Assembly (NCBI GenBank): GCA_001179505.1
Contig: CDMY01000496.1
Span: 1-64,000, forward strand
Length of the DNA: 64,000 nucleotides
DNA from: Vitrella brassicaformis CCMP3155
Lineage: Eukaryota > Protista > Chromerida
Direction: 5' to 3'
Part shown: positions 11,556 through 24,500 of the stretch, one piece after another
Numbering within the stretch: the stretch's first letter is position 1
Layout of the letters: each line of letters starts with the position of its first letter
Position numbers and translations under genes: made by a program
The notes under the pieces: model-generated
Told to the model about the DNA's origin: nothing
Database searches by the model: none
The model's input: only the letters and a program-made list of their open reading frames with translations

Positions 11556-13985
11556 CTATCCCACGGCGGCCCTCATGATGTCTGCCCCTCTCTCTGTGTG
11601 TGGGTGCGGGTGTGAGTGTGAAGGTGTGCCGCCCTCCCCCGCCCCCGATATGGCTGTGGCTATCCCGCCCCGCTGCTTGTAGTCTTGCCTCTTCTCACGG
11701 CTGTCCTGCATCACCTTCTCAGCCAACACCCGCACCACCTGCACACACACAGCCATTCACACACATTCGCATGGCCAACCCATGGATGGGGTCGGCACGA
11801 AGTAGGTAGATCATTCTCTCTGTGCGTACGTGTTTGGCCTCGATGGTGTGCGCCATGGGGATGTCGGTCCGCAGAGTGCGCGAAGGCGATGTGAGACACT
11901 CAAGCGCTCTGTACACACAGACACACACGTGCAAGTTTGCGCGAAGACGGACTGGTGTACCTGTTGGCTTCATCAGCATCGAACGAAGGCGAGCGCTCTG
12001 CCAGCTCCCCCCACACCGCGCACCACAGCCCTCTGTCGGCAAACACCTCGGGCGCCCGGCAGAATGTGCCCAGATAGGCCACAAACTGACTGTTGGGTGT
12101 GACGGCAGCACCCATCTCGCTCGCCATCCGCTCGCACACACGGGAACCCAGCTCGCCCATCGCCGAACGCAGAAACAGATACCTGCATTCACCAAAACAC
12201 ATGCATGAGTGTGTGCGTGGGGCGTATTATGTATGTGTTCAATCGTCTCTCACTCAGGGGTGGGGTTGTGTGGTCGTGGGCTGAGTGCGAGGGTGAGCAG
12301 GTCCACCAGTCGCATGAGGGTGTCGGTGTGAAACGTGCTCATCCGGGGAGCGGCCTTGGTGGCGATGAGGGCGTACATGGTGTGCAGCATCGGTGTGGGT
12401 GGGTGGCCCACAAAGACCTCACAGATGCCGGCCAGCGAGAGCATCCCAAAGGCGTCGGCCCGCCGGCCGGTATAGGTCATGATGTCGGTGGCCACCGACG
12501 TGTGGTGGACCATTGTCGACTCAGACGAATGGTGGACGTCCAAGAGCATGTTGTACTGAACACACACAGGTGTGCAGAGAGGGGGGCATTGGGGTGTGGA
12601 GTCGTGTCGTTACCTTTGCGAGAAAGTGCGCGATTGGGACCACTTCGCTGGGCGCCATCCTGTCACACCTCACCTGCGCACACATCAATCCATTGCAGGT
12701 GGATGTGTGTGTGGATGTGTGTGGATGTGTGCGCGAATCCTCACCGTTTGTTTGGCGACTTGCGAGGCCAGCAGATGCACCAGCGGCGCGTTCTCCCAGT
12801 GCATCCTCTGACGCCACACGTGTGCCAAACTACACACAATCACGGAGCACACGACACACACACGACCAATACAGGCACACATTCATCCATGCGTGCAGAC
12901 ATCCATACCAGCAGAGGTGCTGCGCCTTGCACTCGTGCATGATCATGAGCGCGCGCTTGGCCAGCTTCTGGAAGAGCACCGACGGCACGTGAGACGACTG
13001 CACCATGTGATCACACACAGACATGCAGGTGTGTATTCATTCGTTTGGCTGTCTGCGTGTGTGTGAATTACTTTCATGAACCCCCATGCGACGCCACAGA
13101 GCTGGCCGGGCGTCAGAGACTTGACGTGCGAATCAGCCAGCTGACAACACACACACACACACACATAAAGGAAATGTTCATCCATTTGTTCATTTCTCCG
13201 TGTGTGCACCTGTTCCAGCCTCTGGTGTATCTTTGACGACGTGCAGTTGGCCCGGCCGAGCGCCCAAATCACTGAGTGAGACAGCGGCGGACGAAGAAAG
13301 CGACACACCCATCCCACAGATGTGTGTAGGGTTGAGGCGTGCACACGTCCGTACCATTGGCGAGGGAGGGCGTGTCGAAATAGGAATTGGCCGCTGCCTG
13401 CAGAAGCATACCAACACGCAGAGCAGATACACACATGCATACCAGCAGACAGTCTGTGTGTGTGCGTCACCTTGTTGAGCGGATTCTGTATGGCCGTCAC
13501 AATGTCAGCCGTCAGACACTAGGTAACAGACAGACAGACAGACAGACAGACATCCAATTCATTCACAATGACAAATCACTGCGTCCATCACTGCCTGCAC
13601 CCACGTTGACTCTGGCGAGGCTCCAGCAGACGTTGGCCAAGTCGCGGGCAGGCAGCCGATCGGCACGACCCACCAACTCCCTGTATCAATAACGCCACGT
13701 GTGTGTATGCGTGTTGGCCTTGGCTGTGTCCACACACACACACACGTACTTGGCGATTCCTTCCCACAGAGTGTGATTGACGGGTGCACGGCGCTCGTGG
13801 TGCGTTGCCTGCTCACACATGTAGGCAAACCGACACATCTGCATCTCTTTCGCTCTCTCTGTCTCTCTGTGTTGTGGGGCATCGCATCACTGGGTGTACC
13901 ATAGCAAAAGCTGCGTTGCTGAAGGCTTTGTTGTCGAGTGCCGACCACCCGTGGGAAGAGATGACGAACGACACCAGGGACTGCA

Positions 13986-14019
<34 letters not shown>

Positions 14020-15970
14020 CAAAGCATGTCCTACACGAGGGTGTATCGTGCATTGCTTGCAAATCTGTTTATCCGGCAGGCCGCACCTCGACGAACGCCA
14101 CTGCCTCGCCCTTGTGCAGATGGTGCTTCATCTGTATCATTGACACACCAAATTAGCCAACATTGAGTCATGAAAAGCGCGTGTCCTGCGTGCGTACCTC
14201 TGAAATGCTGACAGACAGAGTGCCCAGGTCGCTCGGCCGGAACAACGGCAGCTGCAGACACGCACGGAGGATACATGGTGCCTGACGAATCCACTTGCGC
14301 ATTGTCGGGGCACATACCTGTCTGTCTGTGGCGACCATGAGGCCCCTGACGATGTGGGGCATGTTCATGCCAAACACGGCAAAACCCCTCTGCACACCCA
14401 TACACACACAGAGCCAAGCCATCCATCCGTGTGTGAAGTCTTCGTGCAAGAAAGCCACCACAACGGGCAGCGCACCTCGTCTGATGTCGACCCATCCCAT
14501 TTGGTCCTGTGTGTTGCGCATGCCCATCATAAGCAAGTCAGTCCATGTTAGCGCGCGTGTGTGCACAAGCTGTGTGTGTCGGTGTCGGTGTGTACCTGAT
14601 GTACTGGTCGGCGAGTTTGAAAGAGTAGGTGAGCTGGCCGATGTCCGCAGGCGAGAAGGAATGCGGCAAACGAGACAAAACCACCTGTGTATGCAGAAAC
14701 ATCACACGCTTCAATGAGTGTCTCCATGTATGTGTGTGCGTCTGTGGTCTATGTGAGTGTCTAGGTACCTCGCTGGCTCGGTCGTAGAGCTCGCCGTGGA
14801 CGTATCCCATCTTGGCGAAGCCCCACATGAGCACGGACAGGTCGTGGGACGAGAAAGCAGCCAGCCGCGGCAAGGACAGCGCCGATATCGACCTGCATGC
14901 AAACACACACACGATGGCATGAGTGATTGAATGGGTACACATGTGTGTGTGCGTGTGTGTGTGAACGAACTGACTTGAACACTTGTGTGTCGGCCATGCA
15001 CAGTCGGGTGAGCACCCACGTCAGGTGGCTCAGTGCCTGTGTGATTTCCCGCTCAGTGCGGAAGCCGCTCCCACCACCAGTCAGCCAATCCGTCGCCCGT
15101 GATAACACACGCTGCACGCACACACGGACACAAAGGGAACATGGGAAGAATGTTGATGCCATCTATGTGCATATGTATGTACCTGGAAGACGATGTCAAG
15201 GTTGAGAGGGACCTCCTCTTGCCGTGTGTCCCACGTGTCGATGAACCACTCGTACCGGCCAGACCCGCGAAACACGCGACCACCTGACACATACAAGCGC
15301 ACCCACACATCAAGCAGAAGGAATGCTCAGTCAGACACAGAGATGCAAGCAGATACTCACGCGGACCTGTTGCTGCGATTGCCCTGAGTGCATGGATGGC
15401 CATCTGCGGACTCAAAGACGACTCAACGCCATCCAACTCCTGCAGATCGACACACACATAGATACACTCACTCACCCACCGACACACACGTCCATTCACT
15501 CATGTACGTACCTTCAAGACCTGCGTCACCGACTGCGCCCGCCACAGGTTGCCTCTCAGCGCCCTCTCGTCCACGCTCATATGCACATACCCCCTCTGCG
15601 CACCCCTGCATGCTAGTCTACGCTGTACGCCACCACGATCACCGCCACACCGGCTGTGGGCTAAGCGGAAGGCCCGGCCAGATCGGTAGAACCACGAGCA
15701 GACCGTCACAAGGGCCAGCAGCAGCAGGGGCAGGGGGCGCGCACGTGGACGTGCACGTGCGCAGTGACTGGGGCGTGGGCGGTCATCACTTCTCTGCCGC
15801 GTGCCGCACCTCTGTATCACACACATACAGAGAGAGTGAGAAAGATCCACATTCAATGTGACGCAGCTCTGTGCAGATGCGCTTACCCAGTGGTGAGTAT
15901 GCGGCGAGGGGCACTCAGCCGAGTCGGTGCGCCGCTCCTGGGCGCACGCCGGCTGTGGCCTATCCTTCAT
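11556..15970 (-). CDS. Helical-repeat RNA-binding protein (OPR/HPR/RAP-associated type), probably organelle-targeted; about 20 exons
   Basis: Repeats such as AFSSHDLSVLMWGFAKMG, SFSPADIGQLTYSFK, SLTPGQLCGVAWGFMK and TQALSHLTWVLTRL resemble the F.PQ.LSN..WA.A.LG consensus. The N-terminal LPLLLLALVTVCSWFYRSGRAFRL resembles a bipartite signal. The last exon ends at the stop at 11556. Confidence 0.65.
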
Positions 15971-16178
15971 GTGCAAACATCAACCTACGTACACAGATCT
16001 CTCGCGCCGATTGCACCCTTCTGTATAGAGCAACCCACATAACTGCCTTGGCATTGAACATTGGACGCAGCAAACTGAGTGCGAGCTTAGACTGAGTGCG
16101 AGCTGGAACGCGTCGACCCCCAGTCTTTTTCCCATCCTCAGCACAGTGACCAATCAAACCCGCCTGTCTGTCGTCGCC

Positions 16179-16952
16179 ATGGCTGCATTCTATTTGATCG
16201 CCGTCTCACTCTCTGTCTTGAGTGTTGCAATGGCCGGCTCACACAGCAGCGCCAGCAGCCGTCGCCTGACGTCCCAGGACGGCGCCGCAGACCGTCCCAT
16301 GCCTCTTGCTGCTCCGCTGCCCCTGGAAACTTCCGACTCGCACGGTCGATGGATGGCAACAGAGTGCTGGCCCAGGGGTGTGGAAGGCTTGACAGTGACT
16401 GTCTTGTTGTGCGTTGCGTACAGGCACCCGGGTGGGATCCCGTGTCTCGTCACGATTTGTGCAGCTGCACGACGAACGTACTGTACTGTACTGTACTGTA
16501 CTGGCAATCCGCGCATCCACCGTCTCGTCTCAAGTGCTCGTGTCCATGTGCGCTCGCATGCTTGCAGAGCTGAAAAAGACGAAGCCGCCCCCGCCACTGC
16601 CGCCCGGTGAGTGCAGGGGAGACGCCGACTGCACGAAGCCCGACCTCTGCTTCAAGAAGATGACCCACACGGGGCGCACCGAAGCGCAGGGCAAATGCAA
16701 GAAAGAGGGCGACTCTCAGGACCACTGGTATGTTCGGCACATTATGTTACAAAGGCAGACAGACACAAAGGCAGACAGACAGACAGACAGACCACTCAGA
16801 CAGACAGGCGCTCAGCGAATTGATCTCGCTCTCTGAGTGGTCTGTCTGTCTGTCTGTCTGTCTGCAGCACTAAGAAAAGCAGCGACAGGCCTTGCAAAAA
16901 GGGGCTGTCGTGCCAGCAAGTTGGATGGGGTATCGCCTGTAAGCCTGTGTAA
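16179..16952 (+). CDS. Secreted 8-Cys protein with prokineticin/colipase-like Cys spacing
   Basis: Signal peptide MAAFYLIAVSLSVLSVAMA. Four exons give ...PPPPLPPGECRGDADCTKPDLCFKKMTHTGRTEAQGKCKKEGDSQDHCTKKSSDRPCKKGLSCQQVGWGIACKPV* (TAA 16950-16952), with splice phases consistent. Confidence 0.7.
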
Positions 16953-17908
16953 GCCATAGTTGTGGTCTTGCCCACATGTTGTTTGAGGGTAAAAGCATGG
17001 CTGGACGCTTCCTTGACTGGCATCGATCAGCGCGTCACCAAAGACGCGTCTCTGTCTATAGGGCGTGCATAAACATACACTCACTTGGTCAACGCGCGGA
17101 ACGTAAAAAAACTACAGTAATCGCCCGAACTCGGGGCGGCCTTCCTACGATTAGTCATTTCCTTCCCTCCCTTCGTTCACATGATCCATCGATGCAGCAA
17201 TTGCAATGCAGTCAGTCGGCAGCCAATGGCATGGCAGTGTAGTACAGTCCAGAAGACACACACATTCCCATGTTCGACGGACATTCCGTTGAACATCCTT
17301 GGCATGCCCATGTATGTCAGCAGGGGGATCGAAAAAACACGCAACCCGGTGACATGACAATCGTCTTTCTGTCTGAATGAGCAGCCAGTACAAGACACAT
17401 GAATGAATTAGCAGCAGAGCTTACGGCAAGGGCGGAGTTTCCGGATGCACTGACTGACAGAGAGCCAGGAGAACTAAATAAAACCAAGCAGAACCACAGA
17501 GACCCACACACAGACACTCAGAGAGAGAGAGGGAGGGAGGGAGGGAGGGAGAGAACGGGGCAAGGGAAAGGATTGTCATGATTTGTATGGCTGTCGGCGT
17601 GTATGTCTGCTTCCGTCGCCCCACAGATAAACGCACCACGGCCACGTCGTCAAGAAAAGCCCACACACGACACCATGCACGTCACGCATGTATCTCCGCT
17701 CGCAGCAGATCCATCATCAATATGACACACTGCCTGCTTCTCATCCTCTCCTCTCCCAGCAACAGGCAGCACAGCCACACGGACACAAGAACATGCCAGA
17801 AAAATCTCTCTACCCAATGCTGTCCCGCCCTCCCCTACGCAATGTGGGTGCGCCACATTTCATCGCACCGCAACCCCACTGCCCAGCATCGAGCAGGATG
17901 CCCTTCTC

Positions 17909-20900
17909 TCACACGCACGCCCCACCGTCAACCGCCCCTGTCTTCTGAAGACAAGTGATGGGTCCCCACCCACCTGTTCCACACCCACACGGCCTGGGAA
18001 CACTCTCACCAGGTCTTGCACACACACCGAAAGCATGTATCGATCACACGTCACCCCACGGGCCATCGTCAGCACCACCGACTCAATCGTGTCAAAGCGC
18101 GTCAGGACATCCCATGCAGTGGAGGAAAAGGAAGACGCGCTCGATGACAGCGATGGCAGGGCAGGGGGGTACTCGTACCTCGGTGGGTCGTGCAGCACGT
18201 GCACTCCCACTATGACTGACCTGACCCTGCCTCTCACCACTGCCAATAGCTCGTCTGACTCCTCTCCCACCGTCTGCCAGTGAGAAACAGGTATATAAAA
18301 CACCTGCGGCATGTGAGTGGGACTCCCGCTCAGGTACACATTCACGAAGAGGTCGAGCCCCCCGCCCTCCACATCAAGGTGCTTGAGGCAAGACATGAGC
18401 AGCGGCACTATGGCCGTGTCGTATGGCGCGTACGTGACCTGAGTCGTGTCGATAACGACGCGCGAGAGAGCAGGCAGCTGCCTAATGACCTTGTCTGCCC
18501 CTCCCCCATAGAGCGACACTCCCATCTGGTCATTCCTGTGGTCCAAGTAGACCGTCTTGACCGCACCGAACATCGATGGCGCACTCTCAGTGATCCACTC
18601 CGGCAATGGGTGGCGGGCGTCACGATGTGTCATTCCCTCCTCACGTAGAGGTCAGCCGCTTGCTTGAAGGAGAGGCCATAGAGCTCGCTCGCGCCGGTTG
18701 CATGTTCGTCGAGGAGGTAGGGGGAGAGGGTGACGTGTGTGGCGCTCGTCGTGAGCAGCTGCAGTGTCGGTCGAGCGCCGGCGAGCTGCTCTGGCTTGCC
18801 GATCAGCGGCAGGTGGACATGTCGGGGGGCGGGGCATTCGCGCGTTGCTCGCCTGACGAGGCGAAGGTCTCCGTTGTCCACCTGTCCGGCGTGGTACAGC
18901 TCCTTTGCGCCTTTCGCCAGCCACGTGCTTCGGAACTTGTGCAGATCCTACAAGCACACATACACACATCCAAACATACAGCAAGGTACCCGTGCTGCAA
19001 TGCACTGCCATGTGAATGTGTACCTCCACATCGAAGGCTTTGTCGAGTGTCGTCGTACAGCTCACACCCTCCAAACACTCAAGGCCGGTAAGTGGGGAGG
19101 ATTTGCTGTCAAAACTGAGGTGGACGGCCCCCGTCAGCGATTTGATGGTGCTGTGAGAAGGCGTCCCCAGCAGCGATTGGACGATTGCGGTGAGACTCGT
19201 GTACTCGTGTCTATCAGCTGACACCTGCACCAAGAGCATCCAGCCATCCATCCATCGATTGCATCATGGCCGCATTACCCCACCCCCCCACCTGGTCGAG
19301 GAGATGGAGCGACTGCAGACCCCCGGCTCGCTTGAGCATCTTCAGCCCCCCTGGAGCAGGCCACTCGACGCTCAGATTGGTAAGGGCGGGCATCTCGTAC
19401 ACCTGCCTTGCACCGCTCTGCCTCTGCATCACCACCTCCACCCACTCACGTGTGAGGACGGCCTTGGCAAGCCGCGGGAACCTCACACTAGCGGCGAGGC
19501 TGCTCTTGCCGAACCTGAATTGGCTTGTGCGGTCGGCCTTGGGGTCCACGGTGATCTCTGTGACGTTTCCAGCAGCGGCCTCGAGCAGCCCGACGCTGAC
19601 GATGTGTGGGCCTGCGTTGATCGACACGCAGACGCTACTGGTGCGGGACAGCACGTCTGCAGGAGCCACCAAGCCAGGCCACCAAGACACACAGAGACAA
19701 GTGGCGGCTTATGTGCCCGTCGAGTGCTGCGCTGCGGTGTGGTGTGGCGTGGTGTGCTGACCCTTCCACTTGCGATGAATGGGTTGAGGACAGCGGATAA
19801 ACCGTTTGGTGCTGTCTAGGAGAAGGATGGGATGCATCTTGGGGTTGCTGACCGTCGACGCGATCGCCGTGCTGACACCCGAGAGGGACTTGACACACGC
19901 AACGAAACCTAGATAACCACCTGCAGACCACCCCAAGCAGAAGCGTGAAGGGCTACGGACATGTCCGGTCGGTTTCCGTACCAATGCCTGTGCGGTAGCC
20001 GTCGCTCAACCAGAGCACTTCGGGAATGCCCTCCAAACAGGGCTCATGCTGCACACACAAGACAGCATCGTCAGCACAGTCTATCGCTTGCGTGCCGTCC
20101 TGTGTTCTCAGCTGTGTCCCCAGCAGCGCCTGTATGAGACGGAGCTTCTCTGCTGAGGGGGCGATGAGCGCCGGGACGGCTTGGCTGATGGCCCGGATGG
20201 TGTGCTTGGCTTGGTTGTCGACGATTCTCTCCCACACGCGCAAATTCTGCTCAACCGCCTGACCGCCAGGCAACCATATAGAGAGGGAGAGAGATGAGCG
20301 TGCGCGCGTGAGACTCATCAAGTGCTGCTCAGCTGTGAGTAAGGTGCAGTGCACACACCTGTGGTTTGTTTGGTGTGGCGAGGAGGTTGAGCGCCTGCCG
20401 CCTCTGCTCGTCCACCATCTCCAGATGGCACCTGAGCACTCGACTGAGATGGTCAAGACCTCTGAGCTGCTTGGCAAACTGGATCAACACACAGACAGAC
20501 AGACAGACAGACGGCATCGATTGCAATGCATGGCGTGATCACCGTGCCGACGTGTGCGTGTGCATCTTTCTTACTGGTGGCTGCAAGTGCGGCAGCTGTG
20601 GTCCAGGGAGGGTCCCTGTTGGCTTGATGGATCCAGTCGGTGGATGGCTGTCGGCGATGAGTGGCACCGGTGCGGGGAGAGACTGTGGGTGCTGGCCAGG
20701 AGGGCCTCTTCATTGAAAACCCGGCACGACACACACGCACAGACAGACAGACAGAGAGAACAAGAATGGACATTCGTCACGCTCATGTGATGGACAGGCA
20801 CTTGTGGCTTACGGAGCTGTGTGTTGTGCCATGCAGTAAGGCGTCATCAGCTTCTCCATTACACGCTGCCAGCAACCTGCATACGGGACAACACACACAC

Positions 20901-21259
20901 ACACACACACACACACGATGAAGACATACAAATCGGTATCGCAGGGACACACTGCCGTTGACAGACGGTGCTTCTGCCTCACGTGTCGATGTGTGGTAGT
21001 GTTGTGTGATGAAGTTATCCTCCGCCCTCCCATGTGTGCCGCACACACGACACAGTGTGTGCCTCTCGCCACTGCAGACACACACATAACACAGTAACGT
21101 GGACCATCTATGACAGAAATTAGAGATCTCTGCCGACCCGTTGTCGAAACGGAACCTCCGGTCACCGACAAACAGACTGCCCGGCTCTGTCACCACCTCC
21201 TCGGTCACGTCGGTGTGCGGAAAGGCCCAGACGGCCTCGAACACAGCATCGACCACCAT
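17909..21259 (-). CDS. Large lineage-specific multi-exon protein (LRR-like solenoid suspected)
   Basis: Long exons 17860-18633, 18652-19251, 19214-19690 and 19953-20477 with LxxLxxV/I periodicity (MFGAVKTVYL, LPALSRVVI, MPALTNLSV, GGLQSLHL). The first exon MVVDAVFEAVWAFPHTDV... is shared with the gene at 48.6 kb. Confidence 0.55.
21097..21259 (-). repeat. About 160-bp dispersed duplication; partner at about 48889-49050 (+)
   Basis: gaggccgtctgggcctttccgcacaccgacgt...gagccgggcagtctgtttgtcggtgaccggag...gcagagatctct.atttctgtca is shared, roughly 85-90% identical by eye. Confidence 0.9.
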
Positions 21260-21578
21260 CCTCCGTCTCGCCCGCCAGATCTGCAATCACTGTGTTTCAG
21301 GTGAAAACCTAGCCTTAAGCCGTCGTTCCTGCTTCGTTGCTGTTTTTGTGGGAAGAGAATGCACTCAATCGATTGGCTGATTGCAATCAGTCATTCATCC
21401 ATCCATCCATCAATCCAATCAGTCAGTCAGTCACACATTCGTTCAATCATCATCCGAACCCGGCCCATGTGGAGCTCGCAGCTGCTTGTCTTGTCTTTGT
21501 CTTGTCGGTCGGTCGGTCGGGCGGTCGGGCCACACACACGCTGTCATCCACTCAACACACACAGCTGCCGCATCATCC

Positions 21579-24500
21579 ATGGCATCAACCAACCACCATC
21601 GCCCTCCCCTGCCCTCTCCCGCAGCTCAGCCGCCGGTGCAGAGGGCCACAGAGAGGCGCGACAAGCGGCGAGCAGAGAGGCCCAGCCGACAGGCCGCGCA
21701 GGAGAAGGTGGTCGCTAGTGCTGAACGTGCGACTTATAGCAGGGGCGATGGTGCGTCTGAGGACATCCCCACTTCCATCAGCTGCCATGGCATGAGCGAC
21801 TCAGAGCTCCTCCTCGAGGAGGCCTGCAAGTGAGCCACACCATACACACACAGCTGCCATGCACACCATCTGATGTGTGTGAGTGTGCATGTGTCTGGGT
21901 TTGTAAGAAATGTACACAGACATGCACAGCCGAAGATGAAAGGCCATGTTTGGGCGATGCGGGAGGCGTGCGCGCACGATCAGCTGGTGGCAGAAGATCA
22001 GCGCAAGCCTGTGCATCTCAAAGAGCACCACCAGCTCCTCTCGCAGCTGCCGACTCCGTGCTTCCCCGACCTCTCCTTCATGGACGGGCTGCTCTTTCGC
22101 CACGCCCTGCAGGCGTGTGTGGTGCACGGTGCGGCCGGGTCGCTCGAGGCGCTGCTGAGGGAGACGCTCATCAAGCCGACCGAGAAGGACAAGGTGCGGC
22201 TGTGGGTGAGGTGCGGACCAAGAGGGGCGGGAAGGTGCTCGAGTGGGACGACCTGACCCTGGATGCTCTCCATCCATCGTGCCTGTACCGTGACGAACCC
22301 CTCAATCTGGTCACTTCAGGTCCGCAGACAGACAGACAGACAGACACTGACAGAGAGAGAGTGTGGATCTTGTCTGTGTGTTCAGACTATGTGCCGTCCC
22401 CCCTGGTCGCACAGGCGGCCGTGGCCGACGCGCCCATCCAGATCATGAAGGTACTGCCTGAGTGAGCCTGTCGTGCTGGCTGCGTGCAGTGATACGTCCA
22501 TCTGTCTGTGTTATGCAGACGCTGCTGGCGTACAACGCCGATGTGGATGCTCGAGGGCATGCCGGCCAGGCAAATCTTCCTGACCGCCAGCTCAGCTACA
22601 ACACATCCACCGTCGGTAAGCGGCAAGGGAAGATATTGCTGAAACACAGCCTCATTGCATTGCCTTCCGTGTGTGTGCAGGTGCGGCTGCCATGTGCCAC
22701 CATCCGGATATGCTTCGTTTCCTCCTTCGTGAGGCAGAAGCCGACCCCAGGGTCCCGGCAATCGCGACGCTTGAGGACAGACAAGGTAGGTGCCACAGCC
22801 CCCACCTGTCGATGCATGACGTTCCGCCTTTCCTCTCCCCTCCATCCTTCTCACACACAGACCACACCGTTTGTGTGGATGGATGGATGGATGGATGCAG
22901 GCAGGCAGCTGCAGCTGGTGCGATGGAGGAGGGCGGCGGTGTTGACTCACCAGCGGCCGCGGCACACGAGAGGAAGAGGCAGGAGCTGCGCGAGAGAATG
23001 GTGCAGATGGAGGCCATGGCCAGGGCGATGCGGGAGGCGTGCGCACACGACCTGCCGACGCCAGAGGGGCGGCGCAAGCGTGTAGAGGACCACTCGCTGC
23101 TGTCGTCGCTGCCCAAGCCCATGGTCTCCTACATGAACGGCTTCGTGCTGAAGCAGGCCCTCCACTCATGTGCCATGTACGGCTCGGCTGGGTCGCTCGA
23201 CACACTGCTGCAGGACAACTTCATCAAGCCGACGGAGGAGGGCGGCGACGAGGGGCTGCCGGTGGGGCAGGTGCGGGCGACGGACGGGGAGGTTCTCAGC
23301 TGGCGAGACCTCTCGCCTTTCAGCATCGAGCCATTCGAGGGCGAGATGATCGAGCCTGACGGTAAGTGAGTAGGCAAATCAAGTTCGAAGGGCGATATGT
23401 CTGATTACGTCTGGATGGCATCAGGTTATGTGCGGAAGCCGTTGTTGATCGAGGCCATGACGCATGGGTTCTCCAATTGCGCTGATGACGCCACTGTGCT
23501 ACGGATCGTCAAGGTACGCAAGTAGAGAGGCCACATGAGATCATTAAGCCGCCTCACATGGGTCTGCCTGTCTGTCTGCCTCTGTGCAGTCGCTGGTTGA
23601 GTACAATGCCGACGTCAAGGAAATCGGCGTGGTGGCTATGGACTGTAAAACCAGAGAAGTTATGAAGTCACCTGCTGTCGGTGAGTGTCCAGAGGACAGG
23701 GCGAGACAGAAGGAGCAATGCCGGAAGGATGCAAGTCTGACTTGGTGTCCTCAGGTGCTGCTTCTCTGTTCCACTTGCCTGAGGTCCTCGACTACCTTCT
23801 GCAGCAGCCGCGTTGCGACCCGTCAGTCCTCTCTGAGGGGGACTTCATTGCGGGCCTGAATCTTCTTCAGCTCGCCTGCGATGGCAACCAACATGACGAC
23901 GGTGAGTGACTGGTCGATTGAGCCAGACTGACGCGCGCTGATGCTCTTGTGTGTTGCGACAGCTCCCCAGCCCCCTTCTGAGCCCATGGTGGGCACCAAG
24001 AGCCGGAAGAAGGCCACCAGCAAGGGCAAACGGGCCGGCATCGTTGGCCTTGCAGAAGAGGCGGGACAGCAGGCGGCCGGCGGCGTAGCGGCGGAGGCAG
24101 AGCAGAAGGAGGAGGCCCGGCAGTCGCGTGCAGTGGCCACCCTGGAGGTGATCGAACGCCATGGCCTGACGCGCAGCACACCGGCCGAGGCCAAAGGAGG
24201 GCGTCGCAAGAAGCCCGGCCTCAGTCTGCAGTGTCGTGACAAGACTGGCAGCTCTCTGCTGCACGTCGCGGCTGCTAATGGGTGGTCCGGGATTGTCGAG
24301 TGGCTGCTCAAGAGGGGACTGTCGAGTGGCCGTCAACAAAAAGAACGAGACACCCCTCGATGTCGCCCGCACGTCAGCCGCTTTACTTGTTTGGTGTGTT
24401 CAGTCATGTGTGGGTGTGTTGATGGCTCATCTGGAGGCCCGTCACAAGGCGGCGGCTGCCGATCTGCTGCGAGAGGAGGAACAGGCCCGCAAGGAGGAGG

